Shown here piece by piece: positions 6,747-15,157 of a stretch of DNA of 37,448 bases. The stretch comes from a virus. Taxonomy: Duplodnaviria > Caudoviricetes. Each line of letters opens with the position of its first letter. Positions within the stretch are counted from its first letter, which is position 1. A model generated the notes under the pieces. It was not told where the DNA came from and made no database searches. It worked only from the letters and a program-made list of their open reading frames with translations. The position numbers and the translations under genes are program-made. Location: positions 1 through 37,448 of IMG/VR virus record IMGVR_UViG_3300034062_003112. One strand, written 5' to 3'.

Positions 6747-7486
6747 TGCGTTTTCGGGTTACTGTTAATGATATCAACCCAGAGCAAGATTACACTGTTG
6801 GAGAGTTGTGCAAAATTCGCACAGGACGAAACAGGGAACTTGTTGAAGCATTAAGAAATGATCCAATTGCTCCTAACCCTGTTTTTCAAACTCACAATAA
6901 GAAGTTGTACAGAGGCAAAGACATAATTGCTTATGTTAATGGTGAAAACGCCGGCTTGTCTGATTTGGAAACAATCGCGATTAAAAAAGTGAATGCGGTA
7001 CTGGAAAGAGAGCGCGAGAATTTGGAAAGAGAGCGCGCAAAGCTGGAAAAGGAACGTGAAGCTCTTCATGCTGCTATAAATGAAGAGCGCAACAAGTGGA
7101 CAATTGAAAACCTTGAAGCTTTGAAAAACGAAGTTTTGCAATGCTTGAAGTTAGAAAGTGGAAGGCTAGCGTCTGGTTATGTCGGTACATGGGCCGGGCC
7201 TGGCGTTTATTTTTTGAAGGATAAAGGCGAAATTGTTTACGTCGGTCAATCCGTCATGATGGCTGGCCGCATAAGCCAGCATATGGCTGACCACAATAAG
7301 ACATTTAATGAGGTGATGTTTTTCAAATGCGAGAAAGAAGAGCTGGATAACTGGGAAGGGTTTTTCATTCGTCTTCTGAGACCGAAACTGAATGGCGGAA
7401 TAAATCGTGAAAACCCCTCAGCTCCATTGAGTTCTCTATGGATGCGTGTCGAAAAGTGGAAAGTTGAAATGGAAGCGATGTCATGA
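6743..7486 (+). CDS. GIY-YIG nuclease-domain protein with N-terminal HTH-like region and coiled coil (AT-rich)
   Basis: GVYFL...VYVGQS...RISQH...E...I...P.LN in the C-terminal third. AGGAGG then ATG 6743 overlapping the upstream stop. Hand count 20/60 GC at 6841-6900 versus 43/60 at 7801-7860. Confidence 0.8.
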   Translation: MMRFRVTVNDINPEQDYTVGELCKIRTGRNRELVEALRNDPIAPNPVFQTHNKKLYRGKDIIAYVNGENAGLSDLETIAIKKVNAVLERERENLERERAKLEKEREALHAAINEERNKWTIENLEALKNEVLQCLKLESGRLASGYVGTWAGPGVYFLKDKGEIVYVGQSVMMAGRISQHMADHNKTFNEVMFFKCEKEELDNWEGFFIRLLRPKLNGGINRENPSAPLSSLWMRVEKWKVEMEAMS

Positions 7487-9411
7487 TCGACTTCAACGAC
7501 GCAGCACGCCAGCAGCCCTTCGAAGACGCCTCGGTCAGGAAGGAAAGGGTCTACCGAACCCTTCAGGGCCGGGTCCGCGAGTTTGTGCGGTATCTCTATC
7601 CACGCGCCACGATGGGTCCACGGGATGCCCGGATAGGGGATGTTTCGGGGTCCAAGGGACTGAGCCTGTCCATTTCTTTGACGGCGGATGATACGGCGGG
7701 GAAATGGATCGACCATGCCACGGGCGATCGGGGGGATGTGTTCGGGCTTTATGCCGTGGCACACAATCTGGATGTCGCCCGGGACTTTGCCCAGATCCTG
7801 GCTGAGTGCGATGCGTGGGCCGGGGGTTCTCCGGCGCCGCGGGCGATCATTCGCCATGAGGTCGAGGCCGCCAAGCCCATCGAACCCGAGCCCGAGCGAA
7901 CTGTAGATGCCCGTTACGTCTACAGGGACAAGGCAGGACGCAAGATCTGCGAGGTGGTCCGGTATCGGCTGAGTAATGGCAAGAAGAATTTCGCGGTTCC
8001 CGGAGGGATGCCATCTCCCCGGCCGCTGTATGGATTAGAGCGGTGGCATGCGTCAGAAACGGTCGTAATTGTCGAAGGCGAGAAGTGCGTGGATGCGCTG
8101 GCGTCGATTGGCGTTGACGCCGCTAGCCTTATGGGCGGGGCTAACACATCGCTGGACAAGGCCGATCTGACGCCGCTGGCCGGCAAGAAGGTGGTGTTGT
8201 GGCCGGATGCCGATGAGCCTGGCCGGAAGCTGATGGCGGGGCTGGAAGGGCCGCTGAGGGCCATTGGCTGCTCGGTGCGGGTGTTGGGCATCCCCGCGGG
8301 CAAGGCTGATGGCTGGGATGCAGCAGACGCCATTGCAGAGGGTTTTGACGTGGCGGGGTTCCTGCGGGAGCCGGAAACCTCCTCGGCCATCCTGCACGAA
8401 CTATGGCCTGACATCTCTTTTGTTTACGAACCGGAGCTGGTTGAGGACCTGTTTCCGCGGGTCGGGTTGGGCACGATTTATGGCCCCTCGACGGCCGGCA
8501 AGACCTTTGTGGCGCTGGACTGGATGGCGTCGATCGCCACGGGCCGACAGTTGTTCGGCAGGGATACAGAGCCAGTCGGCGTGCTGTATTTCGCTTTTGA
8601 GGGGTATTACGGCATTCGCAAGAGGATCTCCGGCATCAAGCAGGAAAAGGGTTACGGGCCCGTGGCGCTTGAGTTGGTGGACGCCCCGTGGACCCTCTCG
8701 GATGCGGACGACTGGACCGGCTTAAGGGCCCATATCGTTGCGGCAAGGGAGCGCCTCGAGCAGACAGGTTTCGGGCTCGGGATCATTGTGGTGGATACCC
8801 TCACAGCCGCTTACGCCGGCATCGACGCCAACTCCCAGGCCGAGGTGACCAAAGCCATGCGCCAGCTGAAACGGCTCGCCATGGACATGCAGTGCCTGGT
8901 GCTGGTGGTCGGCCACACGGGCAAAGACACCACGAAGGGAATGGTTGGATCGTTCGCCTACAAGTCCGAGAGCGACACGTTCATTGAGCTCCGGACGGAG
9001 AAAAACGAGGGCGACGGAAGCATCAAACGGCGGTCGATCTTTATAGAAAAAGTAAAGGATGGGCCGTCTGATTTCGTCCTCTCGGACTACGCCCTGATCG
9101 AAGTTCGGATTGGCACTAAGCCCAATGGCAAGCCCATCACGACCTGCGTGGTGGAGTGGGTCAAGCCGCCAGAAAAGGATGGCGAAGCGGGCGCCAAGCC
9201 GCTCTCAAAATCAGCTCGGACCATCCTGGCGATGCTCTTCGAGGGGCCGAAATTCGTAAAAGAGCTTGCGGAAGAAACTGGCTTGAAAAGGCCCACTGTG
9301 CAGTTGATCCTTTCAGAATTGAGTGTTGCCAAGAAAGTTTATGCTAAAGACGTTGAAAACGCGAAATTGTGGTATGTGTTGGAAACCGAGGCAACACCTC
9401 AACAGCAATGA
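7483..9411 (+). CDS. Primase-helicase: TOPRIM domain + AAA_25/RepA-like helicase + C-terminal winged helix
   Basis: TOPRIM motifs IVEGEKCVDA and WPDADEPG; Walker A GPSTAGKT; Walker B IIVVDT; VVGHTGKD; C-terminal KELAEETGLKRPTVQLILSEL HTH. Confidence 0.9.
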   Translation: MIDFNDAARQQPFEDASVRKERVYRTLQGRVREFVRYLYPRATMGPRDARIGDVSGSKGLSLSISLTADDTAGKWIDHATGDRGDVFGLYAVAHNLDVARDFAQILAECDAWAGGSPAPRAIIRHEVEAAKPIEPEPERTVDARYVYRDKAGRKICEVVRYRLSNGKKNFAVPGGMPSPRPLYGLERWHASETVVIVEGEKCVDALASIGVDAASLMGGANTSLDKADLTPLAGKKVVLWPDADEPGRKLMAGLEGPLRAIGCSVRVLGIPAGKADGWDAADAIAEGFDVAGFLREPETSSAILHELWPDISFVYEPELVEDLFPRVGLGTIYGPSTAGKTFVALDWMASIATGRQLFGRDTEPVGVLYFAFEGYYGIRKRISGIKQEKGYGPVALELVDAPWTLSDADDWTGLRAHIVAARERLEQTGFGLGIIVVDTLTAAYAGIDANSQAEVTKAMRQLKRLAMDMQCLVLVVGHTGKDTTKGMVGSFAYKSESDTFIELRTEKNEGDGSIKRRSIFIEKVKDGPSDFVLSDYALIEVRIGTKPNGKPITTCVVEWVKPPEKDGEAGAKPLSKSARTILAMLFEGPKFVKELAEETGLKRPTVQLILSELSVAKKVYAKDVENAKLWYVLETEATPQQQ

Positions 9412-9532
9412 AAACAATGGGTTAAGGGGGGGTGTTGGATGTGTTGGCAACATGTTGTGTGTTGTGTTGCGGATACCGGGAGTGGTGTTGCCTTTTTGGG
9501 GCTCATCTTTAGATGACCCAAAAAGCAACACC
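9323..9532. repeat. Cluster of GTGTTG/CAACAC repeats and a long inverted repeat; candidate replication origin
   Basis: GTGTTG at 9323, 9376, 9432, 9441, 9459, 9464 and 9485; CAACAC at 9392 and 9526; palindrome CAACATGTTG at 9448-9457; imperfect hairpin at 9484-9532. Confidence 0.6.
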
Positions 9533-9580
9533 CGATCCGGGGCGACAGGGCAAAGGGAAGAATTTTTTTCGGAGGGTGAT

Positions 9581-9877
9581 ATGGATTGGCGTGAGTGCAG
9601 GTACTTCTGGAACCCGGATACGGGGTTCGTTCTGGTGACCCGCAAGGGTGGGGTCGATCCGGGCAAGGAGGTCGCCAGGATGTGGATGGATGGCGCCGAG
9701 GACAGGCTGGAGGGTCTGGCGTGGGATGACCTGGCGATTGTGGCCAAGGTCTTTGTTGAGTTTAACACGCTGGTTGTGCGCGATAGAATTTCTATTGACG
9801 ACGCGCACCGGGAGTTTCTGAAGATCAGGCAGTATCGCTGCTTCGTGGCGCCGGACGTTTCGGGTGCGGAATTATAG
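9581..9877 (+). CDS. Hypothetical protein (98 aa)
   Basis: GGAGG RBS at 9571-9575 supports ATG 9581 rather than the track start at 9323. Confidence 0.65.
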   Translation: MDWRECRYFWNPDTGFVLVTRKGGVDPGKEVARMWMDGAEDRLEGLAWDDLAIVAKVFVEFNTLVVRDRISIDDAHREFLKIRQYRCFVAPDVSGAEL

Positions 9878-9887
9878 GGGCAATGGG

Positions 9888-9934
9888 TTGACGCTGTGCG
9901 CGAGGCGCCGCAGAACAATTCGCGCAACAGGAGA
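9888..9934 (+). promoter_or_regulatory. Putative promoter and RBS upstream of the 9943 gene
   Basis: TTGACG at 9888-9893 followed by CTGTGCGCGA, a 10-mer also present at 3134-3143 on the minus strand. AGGAGA RBS. The -10 is unclear. Confidence 0.4.
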
Positions 9935-9942
9935 CCCACCCC

Positions 9943-10224
9943 ATGACCCATGACCAGGCCATATCCGAGTTCCGCGAAGCCAGCGCCGCCGTGCGCCGCG
10001 CCTATGCCGCGCACCATGACGCCCGCATGGGTCAGATCCTGGCTGACCTTGCCATGGCTAAGGCGACAGAAAATCTAACGGCTGCTCAGGACAGGCTGGC
10101 GGCTGCGGATGAGGCCCTGCGCCATGCCGAGGAGCCGGCTCCCCCGCCCCCGGCGGATATCGATGCTTCCCGTGGGGCGTGGGCGGATATCCATGCCGTT
10201 GGTTTCGAGACGGCTGACCAATAG
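9943..10224 (+). CDS. Hypothetical helical/coiled-coil protein
   Basis: AGGAG RBS; Ala-rich helical sequence. Confidence 0.7.
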   Translation: MTHDQAISEFREASAAVRRAYAAHHDARMGQILADLAMAKATENLTAAQDRLAAADEALRHAEEPAPPPPADIDASRGAWADIHAVGFETADQ

Positions 10225-10310
10225 CCGGACGGCGCCCCCCTAAGGCCGTCTGGCGGCGCCCGCGGCGTCTCCTGTCTGCACCTCGCCGCGGGCGCTACCC
10301 TACCCTAGCC
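10224..10310 (+). other. Intergenic double hairpin followed by short tandem repeats
   Basis: Stem 10224-10233/10245-10254 (one G-U); perfect 12-bp stem GCGCCCGCGGCG 10256-10267/10284-10295; then TACCC-TACCC-TAGCC. Confidence 0.55.
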
Positions 10311-10326
10311 CCGAGGTAAAATCTCA

Positions 10327-10677
10327 ATGCACGGCAAAGCTGGGCTCATACAGGCCATGTTTTTTCCGCATATCATCGATGATGCTTTTATCGACACGGT
10401 CATGGCGCACGTGGCCGAGAGCGTGCGGGCGGTTGAGTTGCCCAAGCGGCGGCGGGCGGCCCAGCAACTGATTGAGGACATCGCCTGCCAGGCCGTCTGT
10501 GAAATGTGGACGGCGGCGTTTCCGGGGAAGCGTTATCGGCCGACACGGTCATGGCCGCGCGCCACGGCGATACTGCTTGACAACCCGCGGCGTGTCGTGT
10601 TGGAAGTTTGGATCGGGCAGGACTATCAGCAGGCTGAGTTGCCCGAGCCCGTGGAGATTGTGCTGGATGGCGAGTAA
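10327..10677 (+). CDS. Hypothetical protein
   Basis: Plus-strand ORF in operon context, overlapping the next gene. Start uncertain (10327 or 10357). Confidence 0.6.
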   Translation: MHGKAGLIQAMFFPHIIDDAFIDTVMAHVAESVRAVELPKRRRAAQQLIEDIACQAVCEMWTAAFPGKRYRPTRSWPRATAILLDNPRRVVLEVWIGQDYQQAELPEPVEIVLDGE

Positions 10678-10819
10678 GCCGGGTCTTTACGCTGCAATAC
10701 ACGCCAAGCGTAAGCGCATCGCCGCCGGGTCCGGAGAAACCATGCGCCGACCGGGGACGAAGGGTGCGCCGACCGCGGCGGCTTTCAGGGCCAGCGCGAA
10801 GACGGCTCGGAAGAAATAG
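10667..10819 (+). CDS. Small basic protein (50 aa)
   Basis: MASKPGLYAAIHAKRKRIAAGSGETMRRPGTKGAPTAAAFRASAKTARKK, from the internal ATG 10667 with GGAG upstream. Confidence 0.7.
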   Translation: MASKPGLYAAIHAKRKRIAAGSGETMRRPGTKGAPTAAAFRASAKTARKK

Positions 10820-10820
10820 C

Positions 10821-11072
10821 ATGGCAAAGCCGGCCAAAGGTAAAGCCCTTGTCAAGGTTACGGCTACCGGCCGGCGGGTGTCTTACGGCCAGGCTGGCGA
10901 GGCGAAGGGTGGCGGGCCGAGGGTGCGGCCGGGGACGGCGAAGGGTGATGCTTACTGCGCCCGCTCTATGGGGCAGATGAGAGACAATCCGAAGGCGGCG
11001 GCAGATCCGAACAGTCCGCTGCGACTTAGTCGCAAGAGGTGGAAGTGTTCGGGCGAGAAAAGCACAAAATAG
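10821..11072 (+). CDS. Small basic protein with YCARS motif (83 aa)
   Basis: ATG one base after the previous stop; K/R-rich, containing GDAYCARS...SRKRWKC. Confidence 0.7.
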   Translation: MAKPAKGKALVKVTATGRRVSYGQAGEAKGGGPRVRPGTAKGDAYCARSMGQMRDNPKAAADPNSPLRLSRKRWKCSGEKSTK

Positions 11073-11085
11073 AATTGTTTTAATT

Positions 11086-11403
11086 ATGGGAGCCAGAGGT
11101 CCGAAACCCGGGACGCCACGGCCGGCCAACAGCGGACGGCGCAAAGGCGTGCCCAATAAGGCAACCATTGAGATTAAGGAACTGGCCCGCGCCTATGGGC
11201 CAACAGCGATTGGGGAGCTTGCCAGGCTGGCCGGGCTGACGAACCAGCCGGGCAGCGAGAACGAGGCGACAAGGGTGTCGGCTATCAAGGAACTCATCGA
11301 CCGCGGTTACGGCAAGGCTACTCAGCCGATCAGCGGCGCGGATGGCGGCCCCCTCTCGCTTATAGTCGCAACCGGCCTGCCTGATGCCGCAAAAGCAGAT
11401 TAG
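11086..11403 (+). CDS. terS: Putative terminase small subunit
   Basis: GRRKGVPNK N-terminus and AIKELIDRGYGKATQ; overlaps the TerL start. Confidence 0.7.
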   Translation: MGARGPKPGTPRPANSGRRKGVPNKATIEIKELARAYGPTAIGELARLAGLTNQPGSENEATRVSAIKELIDRGYGKATQPISGADGGPLSLIVATGLPDAAKAD

Positions 11404-12703
11404 CCTCGGCTATTACCCACGCGAGTGGCAGAAGGAATGCCACCTGCAGAAGCGGCGGTTTACGGTGCTGGCGCTCCATCGAAGGGCCGGCAAGACCGAA
11501 ATGTCCCTGATGGAGCTGATCCACGCGGCGCTCCAGTCGCGCGCTGAGCTACCCTATTTTGTCTATGTCGCTCCCTTCCTGAAGCAGGCCAAGACGATCG
11601 CCTGGGCGCGTCTGAAGCAGAGGCTGGCGCCCCTGATGGCGCATGACGCCATGGCGGTGAATGAGAGTGATCTGTCGGTTAAGTTTAAGCACAACAATGC
11701 TGTGATCCGCCTATTCGGCGGGGACAACCCGGACGCCTTGCGTGGCGTCAGGCTTGACGGATGCGTGATTGATGAGGTGGCCCAGATCAAGCCCGAAGTC
11801 TGGCAGGACATTATCCAGCCCGCCCTGTCCGACCGGCGCGGCTGGGCGCTGTTCATTGGCACGCCGGCTGGCATCAACCTGTTTTCCGAGCTGTTTTTCC
11901 GCGCGCAGACATTGCCTGACTGGTATTCGGCCCGCTTCACGGTGTATGACACGGGCAGCCTTGACCCGTCTGAGGTCGAGCGCCTGCGCCGGGATATGCA
12001 TGAGGCCAGCTTCAGCCGCGAGTATCTGTGCGACTTCTCCGCGGCCGGCGACGATCAGCTGATATCCCTGTCCGATGTGCAGGAAGCCGCTCGCAGGCAT
12101 TACAAGGTGACTGACTATCACTACGCGCCGCGTATCCTTGGCGTTGACCCTGCGCGCTTTGGGGACGATCGGTCGGTCATCTTCCCCCGGCAGGGACTGG
12201 TAGCGCTTCCCCCGATCGTTCTGCGTGGCGTCGACAACATGGACCTGGCGGCGCGGGTCGCGGCTAAGATCGAGGAGTGGAAGCCGGACGCCGTGTTCGT
12301 CGATGCCGGCGCGGGGTCGGGGGTCATCGACCGCCTGCGCCAGCTGCGGCATTCCGTGACCGAGGTTCCTTTCGGGGGCAAGCCGTTGGACGACCAGTAT
12401 CTCAACAAGCGTACCGAGATCTGGTGTCAGATGGCCGACTGGATCCGGCTTGGCGGGGCGATACCCGATGACGTTTCCCTCAAGCAGGACCTTGCCGCGC
12501 CCGTTTACAGCTACAACCTGGCCGGCAAGAAAGTCCTTGAAAGCAAGGACGACCTCAAGGCGCGCGGCCTGCCGAGCCCTGACCTGGGCGATGCGCTGGC
12601 GCTGACCTTTTCATCGCCCGTGGCGCCCAAGTCTGAGCGCGATCGCTTCTTCGAGGCGCATAAAAAGAAAAGCAACGAGTACAATCCCCTTGATCTGGTA
12701 TGA
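11384..12703 (+). CDS. terL: Terminase large subunit
   Basis: HRRAGKT Walker A, LRG...VIDE Walker B, GTP coupling motif, nuclease motifs LGVDPARFGDD and SPDLGDA. Confidence 0.95.
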   Translation: MPQKQISLGYYPREWQKECHLQKRRFTVLALHRRAGKTEMSLMELIHAALQSRAELPYFVYVAPFLKQAKTIAWARLKQRLAPLMAHDAMAVNESDLSVKFKHNNAVIRLFGGDNPDALRGVRLDGCVIDEVAQIKPEVWQDIIQPALSDRRGWALFIGTPAGINLFSELFFRAQTLPDWYSARFTVYDTGSLDPSEVERLRRDMHEASFSREYLCDFSAAGDDQLISLSDVQEAARRHYKVTDYHYAPRILGVDPARFGDDRSVIFPRQGLVALPPIVLRGVDNMDLAARVAAKIEEWKPDAVFVDAGAGSGVIDRLRQLRHSVTEVPFGGKPLDDQYLNKRTEIWCQMADWIRLGGAIPDDVSLKQDLAAPVYSYNLAGKKVLESKDDLKARGLPSPDLGDALALTFSSPVAPKSERDRFFEAHKKKSNEYNPLDLV

Positions 12704-13146
12704 GAATGCCTGCAATACGCGAAATTCAGGTCACCGAATGGATTGACCAGGCGTGGTCTCTCTTTGAGGCGCACTGTGAGGAGATCGCGCAGGACATGTT
12801 GCTCGCGCCCGATCTTGATGCCTACTGCATGCTTGAGGGCCGCGGCGCGCTCCTGTCCCTCGGGGCGTTCGAGGGCGATGAGATTGTCGGCTATTCCGTC
12901 AACCTGATTACGCACAACCTGCATCACGCCAACGTGACGATCTGTCAGAACGACATACTTTACCTGCGCGAGGACAAGCGGCAGGGGGCGACCGGGCTGC
13001 GTCTGATGCGCGAGACAGAGCGCATGGCGAAGGAGCGTGGGGCCAACATGGTCATCTGGCACGCCAAGCCTGAAACCAACCTGTCCGGCATTCTGCCCCG
13101 TATGGGCTATGACGTGCGGCAGGTCTGCTATGCGAGGATGATCTGA
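12700..13146 (+). CDS. GNAT-family acetyltransferase
   Basis: Acetyl-CoA-binding motif A (ILYLREDKRQGATGLRLM) and C-terminal LPRMGY. ATGA-coupled to TerL. Confidence 0.8.
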   Translation: MRMPAIREIQVTEWIDQAWSLFEAHCEEIAQDMLLAPDLDAYCMLEGRGALLSLGAFEGDEIVGYSVNLITHNLHHANVTICQNDILYLREDKRQGATGLRLMRETERMAKERGANMVIWHAKPETNLSGILPRMGYDVRQVCYARMI

Positions 13147-13457
13147 TGGCCGACCCCGTCACATGGCTTGCAATCGCCACCACGGCCAGCACGGCCAGCA
13201 GCATCTACTCCGGCAACCAGGCCGCCCGGCGGCAGAAGACAGCAGCCCGCGCCGCTGCAACACAGGCCGAGGCCGCGCAGCGCCAGTCCGAGCGCGAGTT
13301 CAACCGCATGAACCAGAAGCGCCCCAACGTCGCCGCCATGATGACGGCTAACCGCGCAGCCGGAAGCGGCGGGGTCAGCGGGACCTTCCTCACCGGCACG
13401 GGCGGCGCCCCGGCAACCGGCGGCATGCTTGGCCGCACATCGCTGTTGGGGTCCTGA
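13146..13457 (+). CDS. Small putative virion protein upstream of the portal
   Basis: Ala/Gly/Thr-rich with a GTFLTG...SLLG ending, a type commonly found just before podovirus portals. Coupled on both sides. Confidence 0.7.
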   Translation: MADPVTWLAIATTASTASSIYSGNQAARRQKTAARAAATQAEAAQRQSEREFNRMNQKRPNVAAMMTANRAAGSGGVSGTFLTGTGGAPATGGMLGRTSLLGS

Positions 13458-15157
13458 TGGCCGATATCGTCAAACAGCGCAGCCAGTATCAGTCACGCTG
13501 GGTCAGCCTCCAGACGGAGCGGGCCAGCTGGATCAGCCATTGGCGCGAGCTGTCTGACTACCTCATGCCGCGCTCGGCCCGCTTCTACAAAAGCGACCGC
13601 AATAAGGGAACGAAAAAGCACAACGCCATCTTCGACAACACAGCAACCGGAGCCCTGCGCGTGCTGTCCGCAGGCATGATGAGTGGCATGACTTCGCCGG
13701 CTCGCCCATGGTTCCGGTTGGCCCTTCCTGACGAAGAGCTGATGGACTACGGGCCGGTCAAGGAATGGCTCTCAGACGTGCAGCAGCGCATGCTGAACGT
13801 GTTTACGCGCAGCAACACGTACCTCACGCTGCACTCGGTTTACGAAGAGCTGGCCTGCTACGGCACATCCTCCGCCATCATGCTGGATGATTTCAACAGC
13901 GTGATCCACCACTATCAATCGCCCATCGGCGAGTTCGCCCTGGCGGCTGACTACCGCGGCAATGTCAATACGATTTATCGCGAGTTCGAGAAAACTGTCG
14001 GCGAGATGGTCGGCGAGTTCGGGTATGAGAACTGCAGCCGCACGGTCCAGAGCCTGCACAACTCGGGCAACCTCGACGCATGGGTGCCGCTCATTCACGC
14101 GATCGAGCCGCGCGTCGACCGCGATCCCAAGATGAAGGACAGCCGCAACAAGCCATGGCGGTCTGTCTACTTCGAGCCCGGCTCGGATGGCGCTAACAAC
14201 AAGTTCCTGCGCGAAAGCGGGTTCGACCGCTTCCCGGGTCTGTGCCCGCGCTGGCATAAGATGGGCGGCGATATCTACGGATCCTCGCCGGGCATGGAAG
14301 CCTTGGGCGATATCAAGCAGCTGCAGCACGAGCAGCTCCGCAAGGCCAACGGGATTGATTACATGACCAAACCGCCGCTGCAGGTGCCGGCCAGCATGAA
14401 GGGTCGCGACGTCGATTACCTGCCTGGCGGTGTGACTTACGTGGACGCGCCCGGCACGAACAACGCCGTGGCCACGCTGTTTAACGTCAGCCTTAACCTC
14501 GAGCATCTGCTCATTGACATTCAGGACGTGCGTTCGCGCATCAACCGTTCGTTTTACGCTGACCTGTTCCTCATGCTCGCGCAGCAGCCCGCAGGCGGGC
14601 GGATGACGGCGACCGAGGTGGCAGAGCGGCATGAGGAAAAGCTTCTGATGCTCGGTCCCGTGCTTGAACGGCTGCACAATGAGCTGCTGAAGCCGCTGAT
14701 CGACGAGACATTTGCCAAGATGCTGGCCGCCAACATCCTGCCTCCGGCGCCCGAAGAGTTGCAGGGCATGGAGCTGGACGTGGAGTTCGTGTCGATGCTT
14801 GCCCAGGCGCAGCGTGCGGTCGGGGTCAACAGCATTGACCGCTATGTTGGGTCGATGGGGCTCATCGCGCAGATGAAGCCGGACGTGCTTGACAAGTTCG
14901 ACAGCGACAAGTGGGCCGATGCGTATGGCGACATGCTGGGCGTGGACCCCGACCTGATCGTCGCCAGTGAGGACGTGGCGATCGTCCGACAGCAACGGGC
15001 TCAGGCACAGCAGCAGGCGGCCCAGCTTGAGAGCGCAGAGCGTCAGGCCGCGGCCGCACAGAAGCTGGGCACGGTCAAGACAGATCAGCGCAATGCTGCA
15101 ACCGACATCCTCAACCTGTTCAGCGGCTATCAGGCCCCCAGCGGGGTGGAGGTGTAA
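13457..15157 (+). CDS. Portal (head-to-tail connector), podovirus type
   Basis: 566 aa with TSPARPWF, YGSSPGMEALGD and MTATEVAERHEEK...LGPVLERL motifs and a Gln-rich tail. Confidence 0.95.
   Translation: MADIVKQRSQYQSRWVSLQTERASWISHWRELSDYLMPRSARFYKSDRNKGTKKHNAIFDNTATGALRVLSAGMMSGMTSPARPWFRLALPDEELMDYGPVKEWLSDVQQRMLNVFTRSNTYLTLHSVYEELACYGTSSAIMLDDFNSVIHHYQSPIGEFALAADYRGNVNTIYREFEKTVGEMVGEFGYENCSRTVQSLHNSGNLDAWVPLIHAIEPRVDRDPKMKDSRNKPWRSVYFEPGSDGANNKFLRESGFDRFPGLCPRWHKMGGDIYGSSPGMEALGDIKQLQHEQLRKANGIDYMTKPPLQVPASMKGRDVDYLPGGVTYVDAPGTNNAVATLFNVSLNLEHLLIDIQDVRSRINRSFYADLFLMLAQQPAGGRMTATEVAERHEEKLLMLGPVLERLHNELLKPLIDETFAKMLAANILPPAPEELQGMELDVEFVSMLAQAQRAVGVNSIDRYVGSMGLIAQMKPDVLDKFDSDKWADAYGDMLGVDPDLIVASEDVAIVRQQRAQAQQQAAQLESAERQAAAAQKLGTVKTDQRNAATDILNLFSGYQAPSGVEV

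Noticed and set aside
9421-9532. Repeat cluster as a mini-CRISPR array or intrinsic terminator
   Set aside because: The repeats are 6-mers with irregular spacing in both orientations, and the hairpin lacks a following U-tract.
9323-9580. N-terminal extension of ORF 9323..9877 and antisense ORF 9313..10017
   Set aside because: The extension crosses the primase end and the repeat region, while a good RBS supports ATG 9581. The antisense ORF has no support.
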